Positions 44,379 to 54,825 of a DNA stretch of 64,000 nucleotides are shown one piece after another. The stretch comes from an uncultured Solirubrobacterales bacterium (GTDB lineage Bacteria > Actinomycetota > Thermoleophilia > Solirubrobacterales > Solirubrobacteraceae). A program made the translations under genes and the position numbers. Position 1 is the first letter of the stretch. Each line of letters begins with the position of its first letter. The notes beneath the pieces were generated by a model. That model did not search any database. It was not told the origin of the DNA and was given only the letters and a program-made list of their open reading frames with translations. The DNA lies in assembly GCA_963830475.1 (NCBI GenBank), contig CAWHMX010000009.1, positions 588,061 to 652,060 of the forward strand, in the 5' to 3' direction.

Positions 44379-45931
44379 TACGCGGGCGTGGGGGCGGCGT
44401 GCTTACGCTGATGTGCCCGCCAGGTCGTGGCCCAGCGGTCGGGGTCGTCTGCCCCCGAGCCGTCGACTTTGTGAATCGGGTGATTGTGCGGCGCCGTCCT
44501 CACGGTCTCGGGGTCGTCGTAGGCTTCGGCGATGACGGCTGCGAGCACGTCGATCCAGTAGTCGATGTCCTCCCTGGACCACAGTTCGCCGGCCTCTGGG
44601 GTGAACGGTTCCGGCACGAGGCGTGGCTCGTGGCTCATCCAGAAGGCGTCGATCCCGAAGTCGACCATCCGATTCTGGATGTCGACGACGGTGACGCCGG
44701 TGTCCTCGGTCACCTTGGCAAGGCTGTAGCGGGTCATCTCCAGCCGAGGCGCCTGGACCTGTGGGAAGGACTTGGTGATCCCAGGGATCGCGAGCAGCCG
44801 CTGCTCCATGTAGTTATTGGCGAGCACCGACAGGTCGGCTGCCTGGCGGATCCCGGCGGCGCCGAGCGCACGCGCCCAGGAATAGGCCTTGACGACCTGC
44901 GGCACGTTCCCCCAGAACTCGCGTACGCGGCCGATGCTGAGAGGTCCCTCGTGCTCGATCCGGTAGCGGTCGCCATCGCGGTGCACGAGGGGACGCGGTA
45001 GGAACGGCACCAGTTCATCGGAGCACCCGTAGGCGCCGACCGCCGGTCCGCCGCCGCCCTTCGGGGCGCCAAATGTCTTGTGCAACATGAACATGCAGGC
45101 GTCGAAGCCGAGCTCCCGGGCGCGCAGCCGACCCATGACGCCATTGAAGTTGGCGTGGTCGTAGAATGCCAGCGCGCCCGCCTCGTGGACGATCTCCACC
45201 CAGCGCTTGATGTTCGGGTTGTAGATCCCCATGTCGTCCGGGTTGTTCACCATCAGCGCGGCGGTGCGGTCGGAGACCGCTGCCTCGAGCGCGGCGACGG
45301 AGGGAAACCCCTCCTCCTCGAGTGGCAGCGTGACGACCTTGAAGCCCGCTGCGGCGGCGGTGGCGGCATTGCACGGATGTGCCTGGATCGTCGTGATCAC
45401 CTCATCGCGGCGATCGAGCTCTCCACGGTGCTGGTGGTAAGCACGCGTCACGCACGCGTGCGTGTAGGCGGCGTCGGCGCCACCGCCGGGCTGGAACACG
45501 AACCGTGACATACCCGAAAGCTCGCAGAGGATCTCGTCGAGGCCGTGGATGATTTCGAGGACCCCCTGGAGGGTGTCCGGATCCTGGTCGGGATGGAGCT
45601 CGGCCAGCCACGGCCGCGCCGTGACCAGCTCGTTGAGGCGTGGGTTGTACTTCATCGTGCAGGTCCCGAACAGGCTGATTCCCATCATTCCCAGGGTCTC
45701 CTGGGAGAGATGCAGGTAGTGGCGCTGCACCTCGAACTCGCTGAGCTCTGGGAGCTGGGGGGGTTCGCGCCGGCGCTGGCCTGGAGCGAGGAGGGAGTCG
45801 GCATCGCCGACGATCGCGCGGACCTCCGGCTCGGCGTCGGGCAGTCGCATCCCGCGGCGGCCGATTCTGCCCATCTCCATCACGACCGGCTCGTCCCAGA
45901 CGGGCGCGTGGTACCGGCGGAGCCTAGTCAT
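44378..45931 (-). CDS. gcvPB: Glycine dehydrogenase (decarboxylating) subunit 2-like PLP protein
   Basis: MTRLRRYHAPVWDEP..LFGTCTMKYNPRLNE..MLHKTFGAPKGGGGPAVG.. (PLP lysine motif HKTF). Its ATG overlaps the upstream stop as ATGA. The upstream half of track ORF 44378..46477 is out-of-frame gcvPA. Confidence 0.85.
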   Translation of the reverse strand: MTRLRRYHAPVWDEPVVMEMGRIGRRGMRLPDAEPEVRAIVGDADSLLAPGQRRREPPQLPELSEFEVQRHYLHLSQETLGMMGISLFGTCTMKYNPRLNELVTARPWLAELHPDQDPDTLQGVLEIIHGLDEILCELSGMSRFVFQPGGGADAAYTHACVTRAYHQHRGELDRRDEVITTIQAHPCNAATAAAAGFKVVTLPLEEEGFPSVAALEAAVSDRTAALMVNNPDDMGIYNPNIKRWVEIVHEAGALAFYDHANFNGVMGRLRARELGFDACMFMLHKTFGAPKGGGGPAVGAYGCSDELVPFLPRPLVHRDGDRYRIEHEGPLSIGRVREFWGNVPQVVKAYSWARALGAAGIRQAADLSVLANNYMEQRLLAIPGITKSFPQVQAPRLEMTRYSLAKVTEDTGVTVVDIQNRMVDFGIDAFWMSHEPRLVPEPFTPEAGELWSREDIDYWIDVLAAVIAEAYDDPETVRTAPHNHPIHKVDGSGADDPDRWATTWRAHQRKHAAPTPA

Positions 45932-47325
45932 GCGACCACCTCCGCGAGCGCCTCGGCGAGGCGGTCGATGTCCGCTTGGGCATGGATCTCGGTGACGCAG
46001 TACAGCGCACACTGGCCGAGCTGCGGATGCGATTGCGAGAGGTCCCCACCGCCGAAGATCGAGCGCTCCCGGAGCCCCCTGTTGACCTGTGCGACCGTCC
46101 TGCCGGTGTCGTTGAAGTCGACGACGAACTCCTTGAAGAAGCCGGGCCAGCGGACGGTGACGCCGGGGATCTCGGCGATCCGGGCCGCGGCGTAGTGGCT
46201 GCGGAGCAGGATCAACTCGCCGAGTTCGACGAAGCCTGCGGGGCCGAGCAGAGACATGTAGGCGGCGTTGACGACCGCCCACAGGTAGACCGAGTTGCCG
46301 GTCCAGTCCTTGCCGAGCTCCCGTGAGCCGTACGAGGACTGCTCGAACAAAGTTAGTATGAAGCCGCGCTCGCCCTCCTCGACGGTCGGGCAGAGGGTGA
46401 CCTGCAGTGTCGGGTACTCGCGGGCATAGCGCTCCTCGTCTCGGCTGGCGATGAAGCCGCCGGCGCCCCCGCCGCAATTCATGTGGACGCCGAGCGGCTG
46501 CGTGGAGCCGACCGCGATGTCGGCGCCGAACTGTCCGGGCGGCGCCAACACGCCGAGCGAGATCGGGTCGACGCCGGAGATCGCCTCGGCGCCGCAGGCG
46601 TGGGCAAGCGCGACGATCCGTTCGCAGTCGGGCTCGATAACACCGAGTGACCCGGGCATTTCGAAGTACACAGCTGCGGTGCGTTCGGACAGCGTGCCCT
46701 CGAGCGCGTCGAGGGCGAGGCCCCCGGTGGCGGGATCGATCTCGACGAGCCGCACGTCGATGTGACCTTCCATCCCTGGCGGTTCACAGTAGGTCCGAAT
46801 TACCGCGAGTCGCTCGCGGTCGATCGATCCGGGCACCAGCACCTCGGTGCGGCCGGTGAGACGCGCGGCCATCCGGATCGCGTGGCCGGCGGCGCAGCCC
46901 CAGCTGTAAACCGGCAGGGCGACGAAGTCGAGATCGAGGAGCTCGCCGAGTTGACTGGCGAATTCAAACCACGCCTGATTGCGGCCGTGATCAGACGAGG
47001 CTGTACCCCACACCGGGGTCAGGAACTCGGTCCTGGTAGCGAGTTCGTCGCAGACGGCCGGGACATGGTGCTGCCAGCAACCACCGCCCAGGAAGTTGAG
47101 CGCCGTCTCGCAGTCGACGTTGGTCGACAGAAGGCGCCTGAGGTGGCGCGAGAGCTCGACCTCGGAGGCGAGCGCCGGCGGCAGCGCGAACGTTCTCTGG
47201 GTGATGTGTTCGGCCGGGATCTGCGTGAACAGCTCATCGGGGTCATCGACGCCGACCGCGGCGCACAGCTCCCCCCAAAGCTCTGGGGCCGAATTGGCCA
47301 TGTACGGGTGGGCTGTCCCGGTCAC
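45928..47325 (-). CDS. gcvPA: Glycine dehydrogenase subunit 1-like protein (divergent)
   Basis: ..FLGGGCWQHHVPAVCDEL..RTEFLT..AWFEFASQLGELL..GADIAVGSTQPLG.. aligns to GcvPA. The usual PYQPEISQG and REQHIRREKATSNICT motifs are replaced (GTASSDHGRNQ; FEQSSYGSRELGKDWTGNSV). Confidence 0.8.
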   Translation of the reverse strand: MTGTAHPYMANSAPELWGELCAAVGVDDPDELFTQIPAEHITQRTFALPPALASEVELSRHLRRLLSTNVDCETALNFLGGGCWQHHVPAVCDELATRTEFLTPVWGTASSDHGRNQAWFEFASQLGELLDLDFVALPVYSWGCAAGHAIRMAARLTGRTEVLVPGSIDRERLAVIRTYCEPPGMEGHIDVRLVEIDPATGGLALDALEGTLSERTAAVYFEMPGSLGVIEPDCERIVALAHACGAEAISGVDPISLGVLAPPGQFGADIAVGSTQPLGVHMNCGGGAGGFIASRDEERYAREYPTLQVTLCPTVEEGERGFILTLFEQSSYGSRELGKDWTGNSVYLWAVVNAAYMSLLGPAGFVELGELILLRSHYAAARIAEIPGVTVRWPGFFKEFVVDFNDTGRTVAQVNRGLRERSIFGGGDLSQSHPQLGQCALYCVTEIHAQADIDRLAEALAEVVA

Positions 47326-47363
47326 CTTCTCCTCCTCGTGTCTGAATTTCGGACTCGCGACAC

Positions 47364-48524
47364 TTAGCGTGAGACCTTGATCACGATCTGCTGGCGTGGA
47401 CCGACGTGAACCCGCAGGTAGCCGGCGAGTTCGGCGTCGAGCTCACGATCTCCGGTGTCGACCCACAGGTTTGGGGGGTCGAGCATCAGCAGCTTGTCCG
47501 CGGCACTGAGGATCATCATCCGGTCGCGTCCGATACGGCGCAGTACGTTGGGCCCGAGCTGGCGGTTGCCGCGGCCGAACAGGACGCCCTGGCCGCCGAC
47601 CAGGCCGACAATCAGACGGACCTCATCGCCGTGGCCACTGCGGTCACTGCGATCGAGCAGTGCCACCAGCTGGTCCTCGGTCAGGTCGGCTCCGACGAGC
47701 CGCCCGTTCCTGATCGCGTCGACCCCGAGCAGCGTGCTCGAGAGCCCGAGTGCGGTGAGCACGGCGGCGGTGGTCGTGCCCGGGCCGACGAGGTACACGG
47801 TGTCTGGCTCGAGGTCGGCGGCAACGGTGCGGCACAGCGCGTCGAGGTCGGCACTTGGGTTGGTCCGCGAGCCCGACTTCATCGGCAGTACAAGTCGGGG
47901 GAGGTCCGGAACGCGCGCTGCGCCGTAGAGGATGCTCGCGACCCGGCCCTCGCGTGCCGCGTGCTCGTCGACGTCGGCGATGTCGGCATCGCGCAGGCGC
48001 GCCGAGGCGCCGAGGCGGAGGAACGTTTCGCCGGCGTGTGCCGCCGCCTCTGGGCTCGGGGCGAATACGCCCGAGTGCATCTTCACGCCCGCGGGGATCC
48101 CGACCATCGGTAGCTCGTCGCCGATCGCGTCGTAGATGTCGCGGGCGGTCCCGTCGCCGCCGGCGAACAGCAGCAGCTCGACGCCCGACCTGCGCATCGC
48201 CGTGGCCGCCATCCGGGTGTCCGCGGCGGTCGTCGGGCGCTCGACAGCAATGCCGGTGGGGGTGACGGCGAACCCGGCCACGAGCGAAAGCTCGGCGCCC
48301 ATCGCTCCAGGCGCCGCCAGGACCTCGATCGTGCCGGCAGCCGTCGCCAGCCCGCGCAGCGCGCGCTCCGCCCGCGCGGGTGCCTGCGCCACGGCGCCCC
48401 GTGCACGGGCCCGGGCGACGGTATCCGGACCGTCACTGCCCTTCAGTGCGACGGCGCCGCCGATTCCCGCGATCGGGTTCACGATGATCCCGAGCCGCGG
48501 CCGACTGGCGCTACCGCTTGGCAT
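47364..48524 (-). CDS. ATP-NAD kinase-fold family protein (AcoX-like, function unknown)
   Basis: ..LGIIVNPIAGIGG.. and ..LLLFAGGDGTARDI..VGIPAGVKMHSGVFA.. (GGDGT motif). 386 aa. Confidence 0.7.
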   Translation of the reverse strand: MPSGSASRPRLGIIVNPIAGIGGAVALKGSDGPDTVARARARGAVAQAPARAERALRGLATAAGTIEVLAAPGAMGAELSLVAGFAVTPTGIAVERPTTAADTRMAATAMRRSGVELLLFAGGDGTARDIYDAIGDELPMVGIPAGVKMHSGVFAPSPEAAAHAGETFLRLGASARLRDADIADVDEHAAREGRVASILYGAARVPDLPRLVLPMKSGSRTNPSADLDALCRTVAADLEPDTVYLVGPGTTTAAVLTALGLSSTLLGVDAIRNGRLVGADLTEDQLVALLDRSDRSGHGDEVRLIVGLVGGQGVLFGRGNRQLGPNVLRRIGRDRMMILSAADKLLMLDPPNLWVDTGDRELDAELAGYLRVHVGPRQQIVIKVSR

Positions 48525-48528
48525 AGGG

Positions 48529-49933
48529 TCAGCCTAGCTCTGCGGTGACGACGTCCGCTGCCTCGCGGGCGACGTCGACGATCTCATCGATCTCGGTTTC
48601 GGTGATCACGAACGGCGGGCAGAACGAGATCGTGTCGGACTCCGGGAGGGCGCGAGTGATGACGCCGCGCTCGAGGCAGCCGGCGTCGACGCGGGCGGCG
48701 ACACGACCGAGTGGCTCGAACAGTTTTGTCGGGGTGCGCTCCGCGACGAACTCGACGGACGCGATCAGGCCGAGGCCGCGAACCTCGCCGACCAGAGGAT
48801 GACCATCGAACGCGGCCCGCAGCTTCGCGTTCAGCGAGCTACCACGCTCGCCGGCTTGGGCGATCAGGTCGTCGCGCTCGATCAGATCGAGGTTTGCCAG
48901 CGCGCACGCAGCGGCCAGCGGGATGCGAGCTGTACGTGTAGCCGTGGGCGAACGTTCGGGGCCCGGCCTCGTCAGACAGCACCCGCCAGACGCGCTCGGA
49001 AACGATGCAGGCTGACAGCGGTACGTAAGCCGAGGTGATTCCCTTCGCGACCGTGATCAGGTCGGGCTCGACGCCGAACAGATCGCTGCCGAACCAGGTG
49101 CCGAGCCGCCCGAAACCGCATACGACCTCGTCGGCGATCAGCAGCACGTCATGCCGGTGAAGGACCTTCTGGATGGCCGCGAAGTAGCCCTCGGGGGGGA
49201 CGATGACGCCGCCTGCCGCCTGAACCGGCTCGGCGATGAAGGCGGCGACCGTGTCGGGTCCCTCGGCGACGATCAGCTCGTCGAGCTCGGCAGCGAGACG
49301 GGCGACGAACTCGGCGTCGCTCTCACCGGGCTGCGCCTCGTGCAGGCGATAGGGCGGTCGGGTGTGCAGGATGCCGTCGATCGGCAGGTCGAAGCCGGCG
49401 TGCATGCCGTCAAACCCGGTCAAGCTCCCCGAGGCGATCGAGACGCCGTGGTAGCCACGATGGCGCGCAATCACCTTCTTCTTCCGCGGCCGCCCCAGCA
49501 GATTGTTGTAGAGGCGGACGAGCTTGATCTGGGTGTCGTTGGCATCGGAGCCGCTGGTCCCATACAACACCTTCGACATGTTCCCGGGCGCAAGATCGAT
49601 CAGGCGCTCGGCCAGCAGCGCCGGCGTGGCGGTCGCCATCGACGAGAAGGAGTGGTAGTAGGAGAGTGCAAGCGCCTGGTCGCGGAGCGCGTCGGCGAGC
49701 TCGCGCCGGCCGTACCCGACATTGACGCACCACAGGCCCGCCATCGCATCGATGTAGCCGCGGCCATCTTCGTCGTACACCATCGAGCCGGAGCCGCGCA
49801 CCATCATCCGCCGTGGACCTGCCTGCTCATGCTGTTGCAGCACGCTGAACGGGTGCATCACGTGTCGGCGATCGGTCTCGCCGAGTGCTCCGATACGGGC
49901 GGTTGCGCTCGTCCCTGGGCTGTTGTGACTCAT
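48529..49933 (-). pseudogene. Class III (omega-) aminotransferase, disrupted by a 1-nt frameshift in a GGG run at 48920-48922
   Basis: Intact to ..FAHGYTYSSHP (track ORF 48839..50119, real ATG 49933). Codon-by-codon reading of the next frame gives LAAACALANLDLIERDDLIAQAGERG..FCPPFVITETEIDEIVDVAREAADVVTAELG-stop (TGA 48529-48531). Confidence 0.75.
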
Positions 49934-49981
49934 CGCTTCGGCTCGCGAACGTGAGGTGGAGTGGGCGCTCGAAATGCGGTC

Positions 49982-50007
49982 GTTCGCACGGTATGCGAAC
50001 TTTCGCA
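49982..50007. promoter_or_regulatory. Operator-like inverted repeat in divergent promoter region
   Basis: GTTCGCA (49982-49988), 5 nt, TGCGAAC (49994-50000), plus a third half-site TTCGCA (50002-50007). It sits between the aminotransferase (-) and the ABC binding-protein gene (+). Confidence 0.3.
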
Positions 50008-50225
50008 AACCCGAGCGTCGATGTCCAGTCCCGGCCGCTGGCGTCCAAACTAAAAGAAACCGGTCGCCCGATCGGAATCGGCCGCACGTATTGCGTCTAA
50101 ACGCTCGACATGCGAGCATGGCCGCACATACACAGTAATGGTGCTGTCCGGCCAGCGTGGCGGTACGAAGCGGGTGACCGACCTGGCGAAGCGAATCGGA
50201 CAGCCCAGCTGAAAGGAGGAGGTCC

Positions 50226-51167
50226 GTGCAGCATTCTCAGACAGAGCCACCCGGCTCCTGGACGACTCGTTGTTGGAGATCGGTTCGTCGCCGCCTCGTG
50301 CTGACCGCGTCCGCCGGATTGGTCGTCGCCGGTCTCGCCGCGTCGGTCGGCGCCGGCGCCGCCAGCGCGTACAGCGTCACGATCGCCGGCCACACGATCT
50401 CGACCAACGCGGAGCTGGCGGCGACGGTCCCGGCCGCGGTACAGAAGACCGGCATGACCGACATCACGTACAACAACGCCCCACCGGATGAGCAGGTGAT
50501 CAACGGCAAGAACGTCGGTTGGGAGATCGACCTCGGGCGGGCGGTCGCCGCCGTGCTCGGGCTGAAGTGGAACTTGACGACCTCAGGCAACTTCACCGGC
50601 TTCATTCCCGGTCTCCAGAGCGGCCGCTACAACTCGTCGTTCACGTCGTTCATCCAGACCCCGGCTCGCCTCACGCAAATCGACATCGTCACCTACTACA
50701 ACGTCGGCACCGGGTTCGCCGTCAAGAAGGGCACCGCCCTCACCATCAAGACGCCGACCGCCCTCTGCGGTCATTCGGTCGCGGTGATCGCGGGTTCGGC
50801 GTTCATTCAGCAGATCAAGTCGATCAACTGCAAGAAGGCAGGCAAACCGGCGGCCACGGTGCAGCCGTTCCCGTCCGACTCGGCGGGCGAGCTGGCGGTC
50901 AGCAGCGGACGTGTCGATGTGTACTCGTCCTCGGAGGATCAGCTCTCGTATCTGATCCAGAAGACCGAGCATCAATTCGTGCTGCAGCCGCTCAACTTCC
51001 TGCCGACGCCGGAGGGTGCCGGAGTCGCCAAGGGGCTCGGCCTGACCAAGCCGATCGCCAACGCGATGAACCAGCTGATCAAGTCGGGCGCCTACGCCGC
51101 GATCATGAAGAAGTGGTCGATCGTGAACGGCCTCGTGACCAAGGCCACGGTCTACAGCAAGGGCTAG
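50226..51167 (+). CDS. Amino-acid ABC transporter substrate-binding protein (family 3)
   Basis: Arg-rich signal peptide (..VRRRLVLTASAGLVVAGLAASVGAGAASA) followed by the SBP_bac_3 pattern (..FTGFIPGLQSGRYN..). GGAGGAGG upstream. Confidence 0.8.
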   Translation: MQHSQTEPPGSWTTRCWRSVRRRLVLTASAGLVVAGLAASVGAGAASAYSVTIAGHTISTNAELAATVPAAVQKTGMTDITYNNAPPDEQVINGKNVGWEIDLGRAVAAVLGLKWNLTTSGNFTGFIPGLQSGRYNSSFTSFIQTPARLTQIDIVTYYNVGTGFAVKKGTALTIKTPTALCGHSVAVIAGSAFIQQIKSINCKKAGKPAATVQPFPSDSAGELAVSSGRVDVYSSSEDQLSYLIQKTEHQFVLQPLNFLPTPEGAGVAKGLGLTKPIANAMNQLIKSGAYAAIMKKWSIVNGLVTKATVYSKG

Positions 51168-51199
51168 TCCTGACGTCGAACGTGCGAAGCACGCCGTGA

Positions 51200-52192
51200 T
51201 TGACAATACGGGAAGCTGTGAACGCAGCCCGTGAATCCGGCGATCCCGTGACGGCGCTCAACGGTCACGTTGAGCGCCGTCCGAAGGCCAGCCTGTCCAG
51301 AGCCGCCGCGGTCTGGGGCCGCTGGTTGGTGCGGCTGCTCGTGCTCCTACTACTCGTCGTCGTGGTCCGGCTGCTGGTCACGTCGAAGACGATCCACTGG
51401 GGCACGGTCTCGCATTACCTGACGGTCCCTTCGGTCCTGGCCGGGGTCCGGCTGACGCTCGAGCTGACCGCGATCGGGATGGCGATCGGCGTCGTCCTCG
51501 GCGTCGTGCTGGCGCTGATGCGGCTGTCGTCGAGCGTCCTGATGAATGGCGTCTCGTCGCTGTACCTGTGGTTCTTCCGCGGCACGCCACTGCTGGTGCA
51601 GATCCTGTTCCTCTACAACCTCGCGCTGTTCCTGCCGCGGATCTCGTTGGGTGTGCCGTTCGTCGGTCCGACGTTCGCCTCCTGGAGCACCAACTCGATC
51701 ATCGCCCCGTTCACCGCCGGGTGCCTCGCTCTCGGCCTGAACCAGGGCGCGTACATGTGCGAGATCGTCCGGGCCGGGATTCTGTCGGTCGACGAGGGCC
51801 AGCTGGAGGCGTCGTACGCGCTCGGGATGACACGCGGCCAGGCGATGCGCCGGATCATCCTGCCGCAGGCAATGCCGGTGATCATCCCGCCGACCGGCAA
51901 CAACGCGATCGCGCTGCTGAAGGACTCGAGCCTCGTAAGCGTGATCTCGATCCTCGAGCTGTTGGGCACGGTCCAGCTGATCGCCTCCGCGAACTTCGCG
52001 ACGGTCCCGCTGCTCGTGGTTGCGAGCATCTGGTATCTGGTCATGACAACAATCGCCTCGATCGGCCAGTACTACTTGGAGCGGCATTTCGGTCGCGGGA
52101 CCTCCCGCAACGCTCCGCCGACGATGCTCCAGCGGATCGGGGCGAACGCGACGGCGATCCTGCGCCCCGGTCCGCGCCCCTCTGAGCGATGA
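51200..52192 (+). CDS. Amino-acid ABC transporter permease
   Basis: ..[15 protein letters not shown].., ..[14 protein letters not shown]... TTG 51200 start; GTG 51218 is an alternative. Confidence 0.85.
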   Translation: MTIREAVNAARESGDPVTALNGHVERRPKASLSRAAAVWGRWLVRLLVLLLLVVVVRLLVTSKTIHWGTVSHYLTVPSVLAGVRLTLELTAIGMAIGVVLGVVLALMRLSSSVLMNGVSSLYLWFFRGTPLLVQILFLYNLALFLPRISLGVPFVGPTFASWSTNSIIAPFTAGCLALGLNQGAYMCEIVRAGILSVDEGQLEASYALGMTRGQAMRRIILPQAMPVIIPPTGNNAIALLKDSSLVSVISILELLGTVQLIASANFATVPLLVVASIWYLVMTTIASIGQYYLERHFGRGTSRNAPPTMLQRIGANATAILRPGPRPSER

Positions 52193-52968
52193 CCTCACCC
52201 GCACACGCCTACCCGCTGCTGCGCCTCCAGGGCATTCACAAGAGCTTCGGGGCCAACCAGGTGCTTAGCGGCATCGACCTCGACATCGCCGCAGGCCAGG
52301 TCGTCTGCCTAATCGGCGCGTCCGGCTCAGGCAAGACGACGCTGCTGCGTTGCGTCAACCACCTGGAGATCCCGACAGCGGGTCACGTGATCCTTGACGG
52401 CGAGCTGATCGGCCAGTACACCCGCCGAAACCGGCTGGTACCGCTGCCCCCCCGCGACCTTGCCGAACAGCGGGCCTCGATGGGGATGGTCTTTCAGCAC
52501 TTCAACCTGTTCGGCAACAAGACCGCGATCGAGAACATCATCGAGGCCCCGATCCAGGTGGCTCGCACGCCGAAGCGGGCCGCGCGGCAGACCGCGATCG
52601 AGTTGTTGGGCCGGGTGGGGTTGGGCGACAAGGCGGACGCATATCCACGTCAGCTGTCGGGCGGCCAACAGCAACGCGTGGCGATCGCACGCGCGCTGGC
52701 GCTGTCCCCGAAGCTGATGCTGTTCGACGAGCCGACGTCGGCGCTCGATCCGGAGATCGTCGGCGAGGTGCTCGACGTGATGCGGAGCCTCGCGACGGAC
52801 GGGATGACGATGCTGGTCGTGACACACGAGATGTCCTTCGCCCGCGACGTCGCCGACCGGGTCGTGTTTATCGACGGCGGCGTGATCGTCGAGGAGGGAC
52901 CGCCGAACGAGCTGCTTAGCGCCCCCAGGCACGAACGGACCAGGCGTTTCCTGTCCCGGCTGTTGTGA
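52189..52968 (+). CDS. Amino-acid ABC transporter ATP-binding protein
   Basis: Walker [10 protein letters not shown], signature [15 protein letters not shown] and Walker [13 protein letters not shown]. 4-nt overlap with the permease gene. Confidence 0.9.
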   Translation: MTSPAHAYPLLRLQGIHKSFGANQVLSGIDLDIAAGQVVCLIGASGSGKTTLLRCVNHLEIPTAGHVILDGELIGQYTRRNRLVPLPPRDLAEQRASMGMVFQHFNLFGNKTAIENIIEAPIQVARTPKRAARQTAIELLGRVGLGDKADAYPRQLSGGQQQRVAIARALALSPKLMLFDEPTSALDPEIVGEVLDVMRSLATDGMTMLVVTHEMSFARDVADRVVFIDGGVIVEEGPPNELLSAPRHERTRRFLSRLL

Positions 52969-53055
52969 CGGGAGCAGAACAGATGACGCGACAATTAGCT
53001 CACCGCCGACCCCCGTGCCGAGCAGCGCACGGACCGGCACAGAAGGAGGTCAAAT

Positions 53056-54000
53056 ATGGAGTTCCGCGGGAGTTACACGGTCACGATCACGCCGTTCACC
53101 GAGGACCACGGCGCGATCGATCTCGAGGCTCATCGTCGATTCATCGACTGGCAGCTAGCCGCCGGCGTCCCGGGGCTGATCATTCTCGGTAGCACTGGCG
53201 AGTTCCTCACCGTGTCGGACGCCGAGCGCACCGAGTTCGTCAGGACGACCGTCGAACATGTGGCCGGGCGGGTCCCGGTCCTGGTCGGCACGATGAACGC
53301 CTACACCGACAACGCGGTCCGCTACAGCAGGGAGGCGGAGGACCTCGGCGCGGACGGCTTGATGATCGTACCGCCCTACTACTACACGCCAACTGAGGAC
53401 GAGATCTTCGGCTACTACACCGCGATCAGCGAAGCCGTCTCGATCCCGATCATGCTCTACAACAACCCCGTCACGTCCAACGTCGACATGTCGGCAGCAC
53501 TTGTCGCGAGGCTGACCGGCTCGCTTGACAACGTCCGCTACATCAAGGAAGCGAGCCTTGACGTTGCGCGCGTCTACGACGTCGTTGAGGCGACGGGCGG
53601 CGTCATGCAGGTGTTCGCGGGCGAGCGGATCGTCCAGTCGTTCCTGCTTGGCGCTGTCGGCTATGTCAATCCCTTCGGCAACTACGCGCCGCGCGCCTCG
53701 TCGGTGATCTGGGATCTGCTGATCGACGGTCGGATCGAGGAGGCCAAGGTCATCGAACGGAAGCTCGACCAGGTGAACGAGATCATCGCCGAGGGGCATC
53801 CGACCTACGGCCACCAGTGCTACTCCAAGGCCCTCGCCGCGGTTGCCGGCTACCCGGTCGGCGACGTGCGGCCGCCGCTGACCACGTTCGCGAGCCTCGG
53901 CGCCGAGGGTGTCGAGCGCGTCAGGAAGCTGACGCCGCTGCTGCATCAGCTTGACGAGCTTGCGGATCGGTTCGCCACTAGGCCGGCAGTGCCAGCGTGA
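53056..54000 (+). CDS. DapA/DHDPS-family lyase (second, distant paralog)
   Basis: ..TPFTEDHGAIDLEA..ILGSTGEF..YIKEAS.. motifs. GGAGG upstream of ATG 53056. Confidence 0.85.
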   Translation: MEFRGSYTVTITPFTEDHGAIDLEAHRRFIDWQLAAGVPGLIILGSTGEFLTVSDAERTEFVRTTVEHVAGRVPVLVGTMNAYTDNAVRYSREAEDLGADGLMIVPPYYYTPTEDEIFGYYTAISEAVSIPIMLYNNPVTSNVDMSAALVARLTGSLDNVRYIKEASLDVARVYDVVEATGGVMQVFAGERIVQSFLLGAVGYVNPFGNYAPRASSVIWDLLIDGRIEEAKVIERKLDQVNEIIAEGHPTYGHQCYSKALAAVAGYPVGDVRPPLTTFASLGAEGVERVRKLTPLLHQLDELADRFATRPAVPA

Positions 54001-54019
54001 GAGGCCTTGCGGGAAGGCA

Positions 54020-54784
54020 GTGACCGATCTCGGCGGGAAGACCGTGCTGGTGACCGGCGCTTCGAAGGGGATCGGCGCCGAGATCGTCGCCGCGCTCGGC
54101 CGTGCTGACGCGTTCGTGATCGCCGCCTACCACTCCGATCCCGCGGGCGCCGAGCGCGCCACCGCCGAGATCCCCGCAGATCACCAGCACCTCGTGTCGC
54201 TTGACCTCGCGCAGCCCGGCGCCGGCCGCGAGCTGTGGGATCGGGCGATGGCGTGGCGCGACGAGGTTGACGTGCTGGTCTGCAACGCGGCAGTGATGCT
54301 CGATTCGCCGCTTGACGGGAGCGACGGGGAGTGGGATGAGGCGTGGCGGCAGACCCTGGCTGTCAACGTGCTCGAGCCCGCCAACCTCATGCGCGCCGCG
54401 GTGCGGCACTTCGCCAACCGTGGCGGCGGAACGATGATCGTGCTGTCGAGCTGGGCCGCCCAGCGGGGCTCTGGCAACCCCGACCTGCTCGCCTATAGCG
54501 CCTCCAAGGCGGCGATCAAGTCGTTCGCGCAGACGCTGGCTCGCTCCCATGCAGCCGATGGTCTGCTCGTCTACGTGATCGCCCCCGGGATCGTGCGCAC
54601 CCGAATGTCCGAGATCTCGGCCGCGCGGCTGGGCGGAGAGGACGCTGTGACCGCGTCCCTGGCGATGGGCGAGTGGGTCCCGCCGCAGGAGATCGGGGAG
54701 CTGACCGCGTTCCTCGCCTCCGGTGCTGTCCGCCACCTCAGCGGCGCGACGCTCGACGTCAACGGTGCCAGCTACATCCGCTAG
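54020..54784 (+). CDS. SDR family oxidoreductase (paralog of 39150..39935)
   Basis: TGASKGIG, NAAV and YSASK motifs. GTG 54020 after GGGAAGG. Confidence 0.85.
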   Translation: MTDLGGKTVLVTGASKGIGAEIVAALGRADAFVIAAYHSDPAGAERATAEIPADHQHLVSLDLAQPGAGRELWDRAMAWRDEVDVLVCNAAVMLDSPLDGSDGEWDEAWRQTLAVNVLEPANLMRAAVRHFANRGGGTMIVLSSWAAQRGSGNPDLLAYSASKAAIKSFAQTLARSHAADGLLVYVIAPGIVRTRMSEISAARLGGEDAVTASLAMGEWVPPQEIGELTAFLASGAVRHLSGATLDVNGASYIR

Positions 54785-54825
54785 GAGTGACTTTGGCGGC
54801 CAGGTAGGCGCCAAAGTCATGCCCC
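54784..54825 (+). repeat. Palindromic intergenic repeat, copy C
   Basis: GGAGTGACTTTGGCGGCCAGGTAGGCGCCAAAGTCATGCCCC starts on the last base of the SDR stop codon. It contains the ATG (54819) of the next gene. Confidence 0.75.
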
